64,000 nt of DNA from Octopus sinensis (Eukaryota). The stretch spans positions 79,174,001 to 79,238,000 of the forward strand of contig NC_042997.1 in NCBI RefSeq assembly GCF_006345805.1, in the 5' to 3' direction. Positions 42,101 to 56,228 of the stretch are shown in pieces. The notes under the pieces are model-generated. The model was given only the letters and a program-made list of their open reading frames with translations. It did no database searches and was not told the DNA's origin. Made by a program: the position numbers and the translations under genes. Positions within the stretch are counted from its first letter, which is position 1, and each line of letters starts with the position of its first letter.

Positions 42101-44878
42101 CTTGCCCAAATCCGCTCATTATCAAGGCAAAATGGTGTTTTAGGTGTCACAAGATATCTTGTGATCAAGCTTTGGGTGTTAAGTTGTTTGTCCAATAATA
42201 CACTTGATAATTCTATTAAAAACAGAAAGTATTCTAGTCAGGTTTATAGCAAATCAATTTTTCACTTACCTTGACTTTCTTCAAAAGCAGCCCAAGTTAA
42301 ATGTATTGATGGCTTTTTAGGTAAATGAATATTACATGCTCTTTTATAAACATTGCGGGCAGCTTCAATACTATGTTGTTCTATATATCGAGCATACTAT
42401 AAAAAACGAGAACATACAATTTAATCAAGATATTGAGCATACTATAAAATTTTCCTGTTAAGAGAAGAATATCATCAACACGATGTCATGTTAAAGATGA
42501 AATGGACATAACTAACAACAACGAAAATTTTAAGGTAATCCATACACATCACAGGACCATTTCAGTGCGAGAGAGAGAGAGAAGACTGTGTTGATATGGT
42601 CTTGTGATGTGCATGGATGAGGGCAGCTGCATAGTGCTGATCTCTATTTGTGGAAAAGGTAGACAGGAGATGAAGTGGCAAGGAATGATCTTCAGATGCT
42701 GAGCCTCACAGAGGAGGTAATAAAGGACTGACATTTCTGGCAATTTTGCCAAGCTTGAGAAGACATATCAAGCTAAGTAATATTGTGGTCACCCATGCAT
42801 AAACATGTTCTTTATGGCCATGCCCTCCCCGCCAACCAAGTCACACACAATCTGACCTCTGTCAAAATTGCCTCGCCACCTATCTTTCCAGCAACGCTCA
42901 TGATCATTACTCTCTGCAGGTCTCTCCACTCTCCCTTACATATCTACCATACATGCCTACCAGCCACTCCAATTTCTCTCACCATCAGTTGCTACTGTCA
43001 CCTGTTCACACCATTTATTTCTCTCTCACTGTCTCTATTTCTCCTCCTCATCCTCTCTTTTCCTACTAGGGCAGCCAAATATTTCCTTTATCCCTCTATT
43101 ATATTCTAATTTATCACCTGGCACAAAGCCACCTCTCTTGATTCCATTCCTTCTCTTTTGTCTCACAAGTTACTTGGCAACCTTTAAAGCTTCATCTTTA
43201 CATTAAACAATTTGCAAATAAGCTCTCATTTCAAATGCTATATGCAAATGCCTCTATAAATGCTGATTTTGTTAGGACTTATCTGTAAATACTTAAGAGA
43301 AATATTTTCAAGAACAAAATTTTCTTCTTCTATCATAAAATATAAGGGCATAAACAGAAAGTTTAGATGTGCAGCTATTGCAAGAACTTTCATATTGGAA
43401 TATGTGGAAAATGGCTATAATAGAAGTTTGATCAACTTAAGTCAGCCTCATTAAAACATGGATTTTTTTTTAAATGGCACCTTAAATAGAAAGAAACAAA
43501 TTTATATTTTCAATGAGTAAATTTCAGAAACTTACTTTCAACCAAAAATCTTCATATAATGCAGTCGCTATTAAGCATCTTTCAAAGAGAACAACAACTC
43601 TCTCATGTGTTCCAAATTCAATTTCAAAATCTAAATAATCTTTCCAGTTTTTCAACTGTGATCTTTCTAAAGGTTTAACATGGAAATAAGGCCGTTTGAT
43701 CTGAAAATTGATATTGAAAAGTTATATTACATTTTATATAATACAGAAATTTCCAAAGCATTTCTAACAAAATTATAGAATAACCAAAGAGAAAATATGA
43801 TAGTCTTTATAATAATATTAGAAGGAATGACTGAATAAAAATGTGTTATCTATTAAGAAAATCAGTTCACTTTAATTTCTATACCAAACAATATAATTTT
43901 CCTTTTGGCTTTTATCACTAGAAACATCTTAGAAAATATTTCAATATCAAGCAAAGAGCATATTTAAAAACTACAACAATTTCTTTTTAAGTATTTTAAA
44001 TCTGTTATTCCAGCATACTTCAATATCCTTTTAATAGTTGTGGATAGAAAGCAAACAATAGTATAACATTTCCATTGATTAGAGGGTCCAGTAGTTGATC
44101 AATGTGAATAAGAAGGATGCTTTAATTCAAAGCAACATATCAAATCAAATGAGAACAAAGTCATGTTCAACAGAAAAATGTTTCTTGCCTTGTAATTTAA
44201 TCATGCCACCTTTAGATTGGAGACCTGATCAGAATGCTTGAAATGGATTGGATCTGTACCCAGCAGCTCGTAGAAAGATTAAGTTTACCACCTAAGAGTA
44301 GTACTTTCAGTTTTTGTCTACCTGGTCTCATTCACATTGCATCAAAAATTATGGTAGAAGACACTTGCCCAAGGTGTCATACATTAGGAAAAAAACTAGT
44401 AAACACAAAAGCGCAAAATTCTTAACCACATATATATGCCCAAACTTTTAGTAGCATACAACAAAAGTTAGTTTGTTCAATATTTCAACATTGTAATATT
44501 ATCATAATATAATGCAGTAAATTGCACAGCAGTTTGTTTTTTTTTCTACAAGAAGCAATTAAATATCCAACAGCATATATTTCATTTCAGATATTAAAAG
44601 TAAGGACAAATAGGAGTAACTAAGACATTTGTTATATCTGTAAATTAGAGTGTGATGGAGTGAACCTGTCTGTTTCAAACAATATGTTCAGAGAAGGTCA
44701 ATAATAATAGCTTCAATGGAATTTTATCAATTGCATCGACCCAACTACTTTAGTATTTTATCCATCTCTTTTAAAAAAACGAAAAGGCAAAGTAGTCTTT
44801 CGGCCTAAGGGAAATAACTTGGACAGTTGTTAATACCTTTTTTTTTAAACATTAGTTCTTTAGTTACCCTATACTGAT

Positions 44879-44917
<39 letters not shown>

Positions 44918-46720
44918 TCATCATCATTTAACGTCTGCTTTCCATGCTAGCATGGGTTGGACGATTTGACTGAGGATTGGCGAACCAGATGGCTGCACCA
45001 GGATACAATCTGATCAGGCAGAGTTTCTACAATGCCCTTCCTAATGCCACCACTCCGAGAGTGTAGTGGGTGCTTTTATGAGCCACCAGCACTGGCAACA
45101 GCCATGCTCAAATGGTGTTTTTTACATGCCACCTGCACAGGAGCCAGTCCAGCAGCACTGGCAATGACCTTGCTCGAATGTTTTTTCACATGCCACTGGC
45201 ACAGAAGCCAATCAGCTGCACTGGCAACAATCATGCTTGGATGGTGCTCTCAGCACTCCACTTGGCACGGGTGCCAGTCATCAAATTTGATTCGATTTCA
45301 GTTTCACTTGCCTCAACAGGTCTTTGCACGAAGAGTTTAGTGTCTAATGAAGGAAAGGTATGCATAAGTGGGCTGGTTACACCCCTGGCATAGGTCTTGG
45401 GTTATGGTCTCACTTGGCTTGCCAGGTCTTCTCACGCACTGCATATTTCCAAAGGTCTCGGTCACTAGTCATTGCCTCAGTGAGGCCTAATGCTCGATGG
45501 TTCTGCTTCACCACCTCATCCCAAGTTTTCCTGGGTCTACCTCTTCCATGGGTTCCCTCAACCGCTAGGGTGTGGTACTTTTTCACACAGCTATTCTCAT
45601 CCATTCTCACCACATGACCATACCAGCTAAGTCATCTCTCTTGCACACCAACTTTTCTCTCAAGGTATTTACACTGCCGAGTATGCACACAGACATTACA
45701 CATCCATAGGATCATACTGGCTTCATTCCTTGCAAGCTTACGCATGTCCTCAGCAGTCATGGCCCATGTTTCACTGCCATGTAGCATGGCTGGTCATACA
45801 CATGCGTCATACAGTCTACCTTTTACTCTGAGCAAGAGGCCCTTTGCCACCAGCAAAGGTAAGAGCTATCTGATCTTTGCCTGGGCTATTCTTATACTAG
45901 CAACTACACTTTCAGCACACGCTCCTCCATTACTGACTTGTTCACCTAGGTAACAGAAGCTATCAACCACTTCTAGTTTTTCTCCCTGGAATGTGGCAGA
46001 AGTTGTTCTCTGCACATTTTCCGTGTTTATTGCTCCTGAGTATCTGCCATATACAAAAACTATCTTCCCAGTTAGCCTTCCTTTGATATTGCTGCACCTC
46101 TTATGTGTCCATAGCTTACACTGGGTACATCTTATAGAGTTTCTATCTACACCTTTTCTACAGATCGAGCAGGGCCATCTACCTGAAGGGATTTGTGGTT
46201 TGCCTGCCACCCTACTTATTAGGACTTTGGTTTTAGCTAGGTTGACTCTAAGGCCCTTCGATTCTAATCCTTGCTTCCACACCTGAAACTTTTCTTCTAG
46301 TTCTGATAGTGAGTCAATAATTAGAGTAAGGTCATCAGCATAGAGGAGCTCCCAGGGGCATCCTGTCTTGAATTCCTCTGTTATTGCCAGGACTATGATA
46401 AATAGGAAGGGGCTGAGGACTGAACCATAGCAGACCCCTATATCTACCCGTAATTCTTCACTGTACTCGTTGCCAACCTTCACCTTACTGACAGTGTCCC
46501 TGTACATGGCTTGCACAGCTCTCACTAACCATTCATCTATCCCTAGTTTCCTCATTGACTACCAGATAAGCGATCTGGGGACCATGTCAAAGGCTTTCTC
46601 CATATCAACAAAAGACAGGTACAGAGGTTTATCTTTGGCTAGGTATTTCGCCTGCAGCTGTCTTACCAGAAATATAGCATCTCATCTAAACTGACTCTCT
46701 CCCTAATTAGCTGGGCTATG

Positions 46721-46764
<44 letters not shown>

Positions 46765-49236
46765 TATATATATATTTATATATACACACACACACACACG
46801 AGGGGGGTACCCAAACCTGAATTTTGCAATATAATTTTATTCACGCAGTTTTACATGTTTTTATCGCCTTCAAAGTATTCTCCATTTTGAAGCAATGCAT
46901 TGGTCCAGATCCATTTTCCACTATTCAAAGCAGTCTTGGAACTCTTGCAAAGTGATGCCTTTTAATGCCTACCTCACTTTTTTCTTCAGCTCTTCCACAT
47001 CTGCAACACGTTTACCTTAAAGAACTTTTTTCATTCGGGGAAACAGAAAAAAGTTGCAGGGAGCAAGATCGGACGAATAGGGAGGTAGGATAAGCAAGGT
47101 CATGCCGTTTTTGGCAAAAACTGTCTCACACCCAAGGTGGTGTGTGCAGGCGCATTGCCATGATGAAACCACCACTCTGCCACAGATCGAGAAAGTTTCA
47201 TCTCACCACATCTCACAAACACTTCAGAACTGTGAAGCAAAATGTCTGGTTAACCATTTGACCAAGAGTCAAATTGTGTGGACAATTCCTTTCACATCAA
47301 TGAACAAATTAGCCTTGTATTGATATTGGATTTTATTTATGCTTTTTGGGGCGTGGTGATATTGAATGCTTTCATTGACTTGATTGCTGCTTCATTTCCA
47401 GGTCATAGCCATAGCACCAGCTTTTACCACCAGTGATGACCTTTGGAAAGAAATTTTGATCAACTTCCAGCTGTTCTTTCAGTTCATGACATGTATTCAG
47501 TCATGACTGCTTTAGATCTTCTGTGAGCAAGCAAGACACAAATTTTGTTGCAACTCTTCATTCAAAATTTGTTGGCAGGAGCTCCAGGATACACCAGTCA
47601 TATCAATAAGTTTGTCAATTGTTCAGCGACAGTCCTCCAGGATCAGTTCACATGAATTTTCGTGATGTTTTCAATAGTTTGGGAGGTTGACGGTTGCCCT
47701 GAATGAGGTTGATCTTCAAATGACAAGTGAATATTTCTAAAGCAAGAAAACCACTCACATTTGTGTTTTGCTCATGGCTGCACCCTTGTAAGCTGTTTCA
47801 AGCATGACAACTGTTTTGGCTGCCGTTTTCCCTAGTAGAAAACAGGATTTTACAGAAGCACGCTGTTCCTTTGTTTCAACCATCGCAAAAATCAACCAAT
47901 GGGAGAAGCACTGCAAAACAAAGAGACTGACACCTGAGGATCACGTCTAGAGGGCAGAAGCCTCAACAATGAGCTTGTCCCACAGAGAACATTTCTAGTT
48001 ACTTTTGGGTACCCGCTCATGCATAAATGTATATAATTAAATAATAAAAGCATTCACAACACTTGAAGTATTGTTCAACCTGCGGCTATAGTAGAAATCA
48101 GAAGACTCACCCCTTCTTCGAAGGCCCACCGCTTGCTAACTTCTTCTTCGGTTTCTTTATGAACTGCTTGTCGAATTTCAATTATTTTTGCACGTAATTT
48201 ATTTGCTTCCACTTCATCTGACTGAAAAAAAAATTTCCAAGTACAAGAAATGAAACTTGATAGCTACAAATACATCTGAAACGATAAACTTTATAACCTT
48301 AACTAGTTACTAATGGTCATTGACAAAAAGACTGTCCCCACAGATCCTTGACAAGGGAAAATGACTTGTTGGCATATGAAAACTTTAACAAGCCATGTGA
48401 ACATCACAAAACATTTACTAATCAAAATCTTCAAAAACTACCTATATTTAAGTTAAAATTGACTTATAAAAACACTTATAATTTAATAATTCAAGAACTT
48501 GGTTTTATTCTGTAAAGTCTTAAGCATGACTAAATTCATATCTTGCACAAAGTGTGATATGGCTTAATACAATAATTGATATAATTAACCATAAAACTGT
48601 GTGATTAAAGCAATAACAGGGTCCGTATGTGGCATCCGCTTCTTCGGGGAATGATCTCCCTTTGCAGGATAGAGGAAACCGTGATGGTGTCAAGCCTATC
48701 TGGTGACGTTGATGATCGCCTGGGGCTAAATGCATCAGTAACACCCCCACCGCCCTGCCCCTAGCCACATTCAAATGGCTAATGTCCCTTTTGTTATGGA
48801 GCAGTTACTGTCTATATCTCGTTTAGAGAATTATTATAATTACTTGTATGTTATGTGTAATGTAAACAATACAATAATTCTTGACAATTTTACAATTCCA
48901 TTGTACTTGGATTGGATGAGGCTTCAGAGAAATGAAGAAACAAATTGCTATATTGATGTTTTTCTAAAATAAGGTAGCCGATAGATCTAATTTATACACA
49001 TAAAAAAAATCACATTACATTATCTATTAAGAATAAAATAAGTAGATCTAACTGCAACTTCTAGGAATATGATGCATTTAATGTGCATAAGTGTTCAAGC
49101 AAAATGCACAGCTCTTTTCAGAGATTTGCTGTTAAAGCACAAATTAAATACAAGGTATTAAATTGCAGGTAAATGAAGTTTAATAAAGTCTTATTACCAG
49201 TCTATGTTGAAATTTTAGAAGATTTATCAAAACATG

Positions 49237-49274
<38 letters not shown>

Positions 49275-51911
49275 TTTGATGCTCAGGAAAATGAAAACGA
49301 CTTTTACATTTTGAGCCTACAGTCTTCAACAGAAGGAATAAGAGAAAATAAACAGAAAGAATGAAAAAAAAAACTAATAGATTTCAGCGGTCCAGCATAC
49401 CTTTCCACCTTCACTTTCTACACCAGGAGGTGCTTCTTCAGTCAACTGTTGATCATCAGGACCATCCTCTTCCTCAGCAGAACAATCAGATCGTTTGGCT
49501 AATACTTCTTCTCTCAGTTTAAAGAACTCGTCTAGAGATAAGATTTCTTTGGGATGATGACTATTTATAAAGGATTTAAAACTGGAAAAATAAAAAGAAA
49601 CAAAAAAAAGGCAAATTTTTTTTAGTATATAACCCAAATTGCATTTACTAAATATAAAATTTAATGGAAAGGGAAAGACAAAGAGATGGGATTTATATTT
49701 ACTGTATTACCATCTCTCTTGTATAGGCTCCCTGTTGTCATTTTCCCTTCCTCTTATATTGTCAAAGAATCAAGTTCTAGATTTACATTCTGAACCAGAC
49801 TGCTCTCCTCAAATCACCCTTGGAATCAACTTGGCTATAGGCTCACCCCTTTCCATGTAGTGATCTCTGATATGGAAAAAAAAATAAGCAAAAGATTTTA
49901 TACTATATCAAGAATAAAATTAACTCTAGTAGATCTTATGTGCAACTTCTTGAATATGATGTATTTAATGTGCATATCAATGTTTAAAGTTTTATCATCT
50001 AGCTCAGTGTGCAGGTCCTTTCAGAGATTTGTTGTCAAAACAATTAAACACACAAAGTACTGTCTAATTATTGTGAACAGTCACTTAGCTAGTGATTTTC
50101 AGTTCTATTCTATGGGTTTTAGGGTTACTATAAATGTAATGTAAATGAGGAACCTAACGCACTGATTTAGTAAAAGCAGGTGCTTTAAATTCCACTTTTC
50201 CCACCAGTGATATGATAAACTTCTACAGTTAAAATGTCCCTAAAAACTTCTAGATTGCAGTCTAATTAATGGTAGTCAATGTTTTAACACATGATTTAAA
50301 AATTAAACAGCTTCAAACTCTAAGATTTGATAATTATAGTAATATCAAGAAAGCAAGAAATTATTTATAATTAATGCAGAAGAAGCACTTCCATAATCTT
50401 TGAATTCTAACAGATGAGTATAATGAAAAGCCAGTTATGTGGGGATGAAACAGGAGAGATTGTTTCCTTTATAATTAAAAGCCATTCTTTATAAATAATT
50501 TATATTTTACATTAAAATATTTGGAAAATATGTTATTAGTTCTGTTTTTAAGGCTTATAAAATAGAGGTGAATTAACAGAAGCAAAGAAGGAATTGTGAC
50601 ATTTAAGTTATATACACACTGACACATACATATATAATTTACACATATGTACACACACACATACATGTATACATACATAAATGAAGTTCAGGTTTGTGCC
50701 AGGACAGAATCCCACCAATGCCATCTTCCTAGTGAGACAACTACAGAAGTTATTAGCAAAGAGCAAGCCACTATACTTAGCATTCACTGTTCTGGAGGTC
50801 TTTGACAAGGTACCATGCTCTGTAGTTTGTTGGTCACTAAAAAAAACTTAGGTGTAGATGAATGGCTTGTGATAGCTGTGCAAGCCATGCACAGAGATGC
50901 TGTCAGCAAGCAGAGAATTCAGTAAGGAATTTAGTGTGCAGGTTGGTGCTCATCAGGGCTCAGTTCTCAACCCTCTTCAGTTCATTAAAGTTCTCCAGGC
51001 CATAACAGAGGAGTTCAAGACCAGCTTCTTTGAGAACTTCTGTATGCCAATGATATAGTTCTCGTAAGTGAATCTGTTGAAGATTTAGTGGAGAAATTCC
51101 TAACATGGAAGCAAAGTCTAGATTGAGAAGCCTCAAAGTAAACCTAGTAAAGAAAAAAGTTTTAGTTAGCAAGAAAGATAGGATTAAAGTCACCTGGGAA
51201 GTAGACATGCTCAATATGCAGAAAATGATAAATAAGAATTCAATATGGTATAAGCTATGAGTGAACAAAATATATAGTGGAATTACAAGAGAAGAAAAAC
51301 TTAGAGAAAAATTATATATGTAATAGTTGCACAGGAGTAGTTAGCCATAACAGCAGTTGTGAGAAAATACTTGGCTTGGAAGACTCTCTATAAGTAGTTG
51401 ACAGCTTTTTGTTTACTATGAGACCTCTAATTAGCTTTGAAAGTAGAGAAGCCAGAGTAAGCATGGAATTGTAGGAAGATCACAGAGTTAATCTTGCTGG
51501 CAACAAGATTCACTTTTCAAGTGAATGGTAGATTGTGTGATGCATGCATATGAAATGTGAGGATGTGTTACAAGAGAAACATGGGTACTAAATGTAGAGG
51601 ATGTATGAAAGAAATGGGACAAATATATGTCACTGGAACGACAGAGCAAAGATGAGGTGAAAGACGAGCTGGGTTTAAAAGGAATTGGCTGTAATGTGTA
51701 AGAGTGAAGACTGTACTAGTGTAGACACCTGACACATATAGATGACAATAGGGTGTACAGAAGTACCAAACAATCTAAGTGGAAGGACACTGCAGAAGAG
51801 AGAATACATAGGAACAACTTCATGAATGAGATGACAGAGAAGCATAAGTCCTAACTTATGATTCGTCGTCTAGATAAATTCTGTCCTGCCTACACAAACA
51901 TAGAAAGAGGG

Positions 51912-51966
<55 letters not shown>

Positions 51967-52685
51967 GATGCATACACACATTCAACAGGTGTATTTGTAT
52001 GCATGTATAAAACCACACATACATAGTGGCAGAGTTGTTAGAATACCTCATGGTATTTGCTCCAACTCTCTGCCCTCCCAGTTTAAATCCATCAAGGTCA
52101 ACTTTGTGTTTCACATTTTATAGATGAAGAATTGATCCAATCCAGGTGAATTGGCAGTACTGTTAGAGTACCAGATGAGATACCTTGTGACATTTGTTTT
52201 GGTTTTTTTGCCATCTGACAGTAATGCCTGTGGAGTCACTAATGCCATCATGCCAAACTGTATTGGCTTGTTATCTGACTTCCTCTTTGACAGCAATTGA
52301 CAGTGTGGAGAAGGGAGATTTGCACACATGGGTAGCCACTAATCTTCAAAAAGGAAAATAAGGAAGGAAGAAAAAAAGAAAAAAAAGAAAAGAAAAAAGA
52401 AACTTGGCCCGGGCTTTTGCCTTGAAGAAGATGCACTCTTGACTGAAAGCCCAGCCATTCATATACACCAGAAAAGCATAAATTTCATACATTCACATTG
52501 TGCTCAACAGCTGTTTCATGATAAACACCATCAAACTGTATTTCCCCAAATCATCAGGAATGTAATGTGTTGATCAGAAAATCATTAATGTTTTAAAAAC
52601 ACTGAGACAATACAATGAGAAGTAGCAGAAGAAAATGAATAAGGAGTCCATCGATAAATATAAAATATGTAAATACATCTGTCTC

Positions 52686-52729
<44 letters not shown>

Positions 52730-54147
52730 CATACATACATACATACATACACACACACACACGAAAATGATTGCGTCTGACCCAAGTGAGCATGGGAAAG
52801 TGGACATTAACATGATATACACTCAAACTATACCTATATACATAGATAGGTATATGCATAAATAGGAATTCAATGCAGTCCTTGGGCATACTGGTTCCTG
52901 TCATACCAATCCGTGTGCCAGCATGGAACATGGACATATGATAATGACACATAAAACATGCATATACAAACAAAATATAAAATGTACATAGATACAAAAA
53001 GAAGCAAAACTACTAATTAAGAAAAGAAAAAATATATAAACAAAATGCAATTGAAATAAATATATTACTGCACACACTCACCAATACATGTATATAGATA
53101 CAAAACACTAAATGCTATAAAAGATGAAGGTGAGCTATCCACATTTCTAGCATCAAAATATAACGGTACTCTTGGAAAAGGCTAACAAAAAAAGTGATGT
53201 TATATACATATACTAGAACTTGAAGTATACATACATATTGACACACACATAAATGTAAATACATACATACTCATACACACATATTTATGGAACACAAAGA
53301 AAACTATACTTAAAATTCATATAACACACAAACATATAGAGAGTGTGATAAATACAATACATATGAATTTTTAAAATCAATTCAGATTCTATGTGATGTG
53401 CCATATTTAGCAAATGACAATTAAGATCAGCACCTTGAGATGGGGAAATAATTGCAAGAATCAAGATTTCTCCAACATTGAAATGCCGTTTAAGAAAAGC
53501 GCAGGCTTATTGTCTGAAGATAAGAGGACAGTCGTGGATGTATCTTTGCCTTTGGTTACTGTATTTAGAAAAAGGATAGGTATTTAACTGTCAATAGATC
53601 ATTATAATTTCATATTAGAATTAAATTATTTTAGCTGGCTTTGATGGTCTCCAGAATCTCACATACACATAACTGGAAACTTTTACCACCACAAGAATTT
53701 GCAGATTTTAGAATAGAACATTCTAAACCATAAAGAATCTTTTTAGCCTTCAAATCGAAAATATATTCAACAAAGGATGTAGAGTTTTTTAAGGTATCTT
53801 TAGAAAATGAATCGCAATGCTAATAATACACTCTTTTGAAATTAGAAGTGGAACCAACATAGAATTTAGAGATTTGTGGGCTTTAACAGTACATTTATAA
53901 ACATTATTACTTTTGCAGAAACCATTCTATGGACAATTAACTTTCACTCAACATTTACACAGAGTTTTATTAGAGTTTGTAAAAAAAATTGTTATCTTTG
54001 ATAGAAGAAATTTTATTATTTCTAACTTTAGTTACCTTTAATTTTTTAAATGAAAATGAGTGTGTGGTGATATGTTTATTTTCATTCTATTTATTTCTAC
54101 ATCCCTTTTTCATCAGGTTTACTTCTGCTAGTATGCATGTACATGTA

Positions 54148-54216
<69 letters not shown>

Positions 54217-56162
54217 GAAAATGGAGATATAGCTTTTAATTTTCTTTTGAATGATTATAAACCATGATTTATATATAGACCCATCATTTTATGAATATTA
54301 CTATCCTTTAATGAGGCTAATTTAACATCTAATTGTGTATGTATGTATATATACGTATACACTAACTTAAAAGCCTCTTGATATGGTGGCTTTTAAGCTG
54401 GCTCCTGCAGAGTGCTCTTCATTGGGCCTTGGGCCCAACAATGATACTTCATGCATTGAGTACCTATTAAATTTTATTAAACTTGAACAATATTTTTCAA
54501 GCAATGAACAATTTTCATCAAAACAATAATTTGTCGAATTTGCATGACAAACATTTTTAGTCTTCCCATTCGAGGGTCAGTACAATTTTTTTCTATCTAC
54601 TATCTAACCTCTTTCTCTCTCCCTCTCTTACCATTGATTGTTAACAACCCTCACCAGTACCACCACCATAACTGCCATACACACACCAGACTTCTAATGC
54701 CACCACCATCAATACTTTTGATTTCATCGCCTTCCCCTCCATCACAACCACCACTATTTCACTATCATCATCACAGCTGCCTCCACCTCTATCAGAACTA
54801 CAGCTCATACTATTACCGGGGTTTTCCGAAAATCTGCCCATGGGCTGTTAAATGGAAAATTCTATTTTACAAAACTATTTTCTTCACCGTCTCTATGCCT
54901 ATTATTACTCTCACCCCAGCACGAAGAAGTGTCATGGAATAGTGACGGATTGGGGGTGGGTGGGTGACAAAAACACACAGAATTTAGTTTGTACATTAAT
55001 GATATTAGATATATATATATGCATGCACATATAGATATTTATACACTTTTGTATATTTAGGATTTTTTCCTTTTTCCTTCTTACTGTAGTCTGTCCTTTT
55101 TGTCTTAATGTACAGGGTGCGATGGGTAGATTGTTGCCATTTTATATTTTCAATTTTGCACATGTGCAATGTTTGTTTTTGATTTTGTCAACTACACAGT
55201 ATTGTAGGGTGAGTTGGGCACCGCCTGTGACAAAAACAGCACCATGATGCAATTCAGTCTGCAAGAAATTTGGAAACAACATGCTGTACTGCTTGGCATT
55301 CACACCAGAAGCTCCAATATGAACAGATGGTGAATACACAGAACAACTGTTGGCTTGCCATGTTCCTAAAACATGTATTGAGAGTGATAAACATCAAACA
55401 TCCAGTCAACATCATGTTGTTTGGAGTGATCACTAATGATGGTGACATAGTGCCTCCATTCATCTTCCCACATGGCCTCAAACTCAATATGGAGGCCTAC
55501 ATCAAGTGGTTGGAGGAGGTAGTGCTGCCCTGGGTTAAGAGGGTGGGTGCTCAAAAACACTATGTCTGGCAACAGGACTCTGCACCATGCCACACAAGCA
55601 GAAGAACCCAGTCACGACTGTCAGACAATTTCTGCAACCATATCACCACCAACACCTGGCCAACTAACTCCCCAAGCCACAACCCTCTTGATTATTATGT
55701 GTGGGGTGCAGTTGAATGAGAGACCTACAAAACCCCTCGTAACACTAAAGACAAGGATTATGGCAGTATTCACCAACTTAAACAAGGAAACTGCCCAGAA
55801 GAGTTGCAGGAGATTCTGAAGTCGTCTGGAGGCCATGGTTGAAACCAATGGCAATTTTATTGAATAAATTTACTCTATTTCAAGATATTTTTATGTAATT
55901 TTGGTAAATACATCTGTTAAAAAGAGATGTCTGGTATTTTCATTTTTGTGTAATTTAGATAATATATTCACTGCACCCTGTATTTAAACCAGTAACAGAT
56001 TTCCGATTAACATAACATTCCTGATGATTTAGGTGAACACACAAAATAATTTGACTTGATTTAAATTATATATTACAATTATTGTAATTATATATTTGGC
56101 AGTGTTTATGTTATTGAAACAGCTGTTGAGCACAAATTATGAATTATATGAAATTTATGCTT

Positions 56163-56228
<66 letters not shown>

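Noticed and set aside
44079-44088. TTAGAGGGTC resembles the 18S target of SNORD127, a snoRNA hosted in human PRPF39 as I recall
   Set aside because: One mismatch, no CTGA D box after the guide and no C box. The 116-nt intron at 40425-40540 also lacks C/D boxes.
48620-48795. Partial resemblance of the GC island to 7SK (CACATTCAAATG, GATCGCC) and RNase MRP (CATTCCCC...AAGAAGCG)
   Set aside because: The 7SK GAUC/GAUC stem is absent and the length is short. MRP-like motifs fall on opposite strands, and GAAAGUCCCC is missing. Left unassigned.
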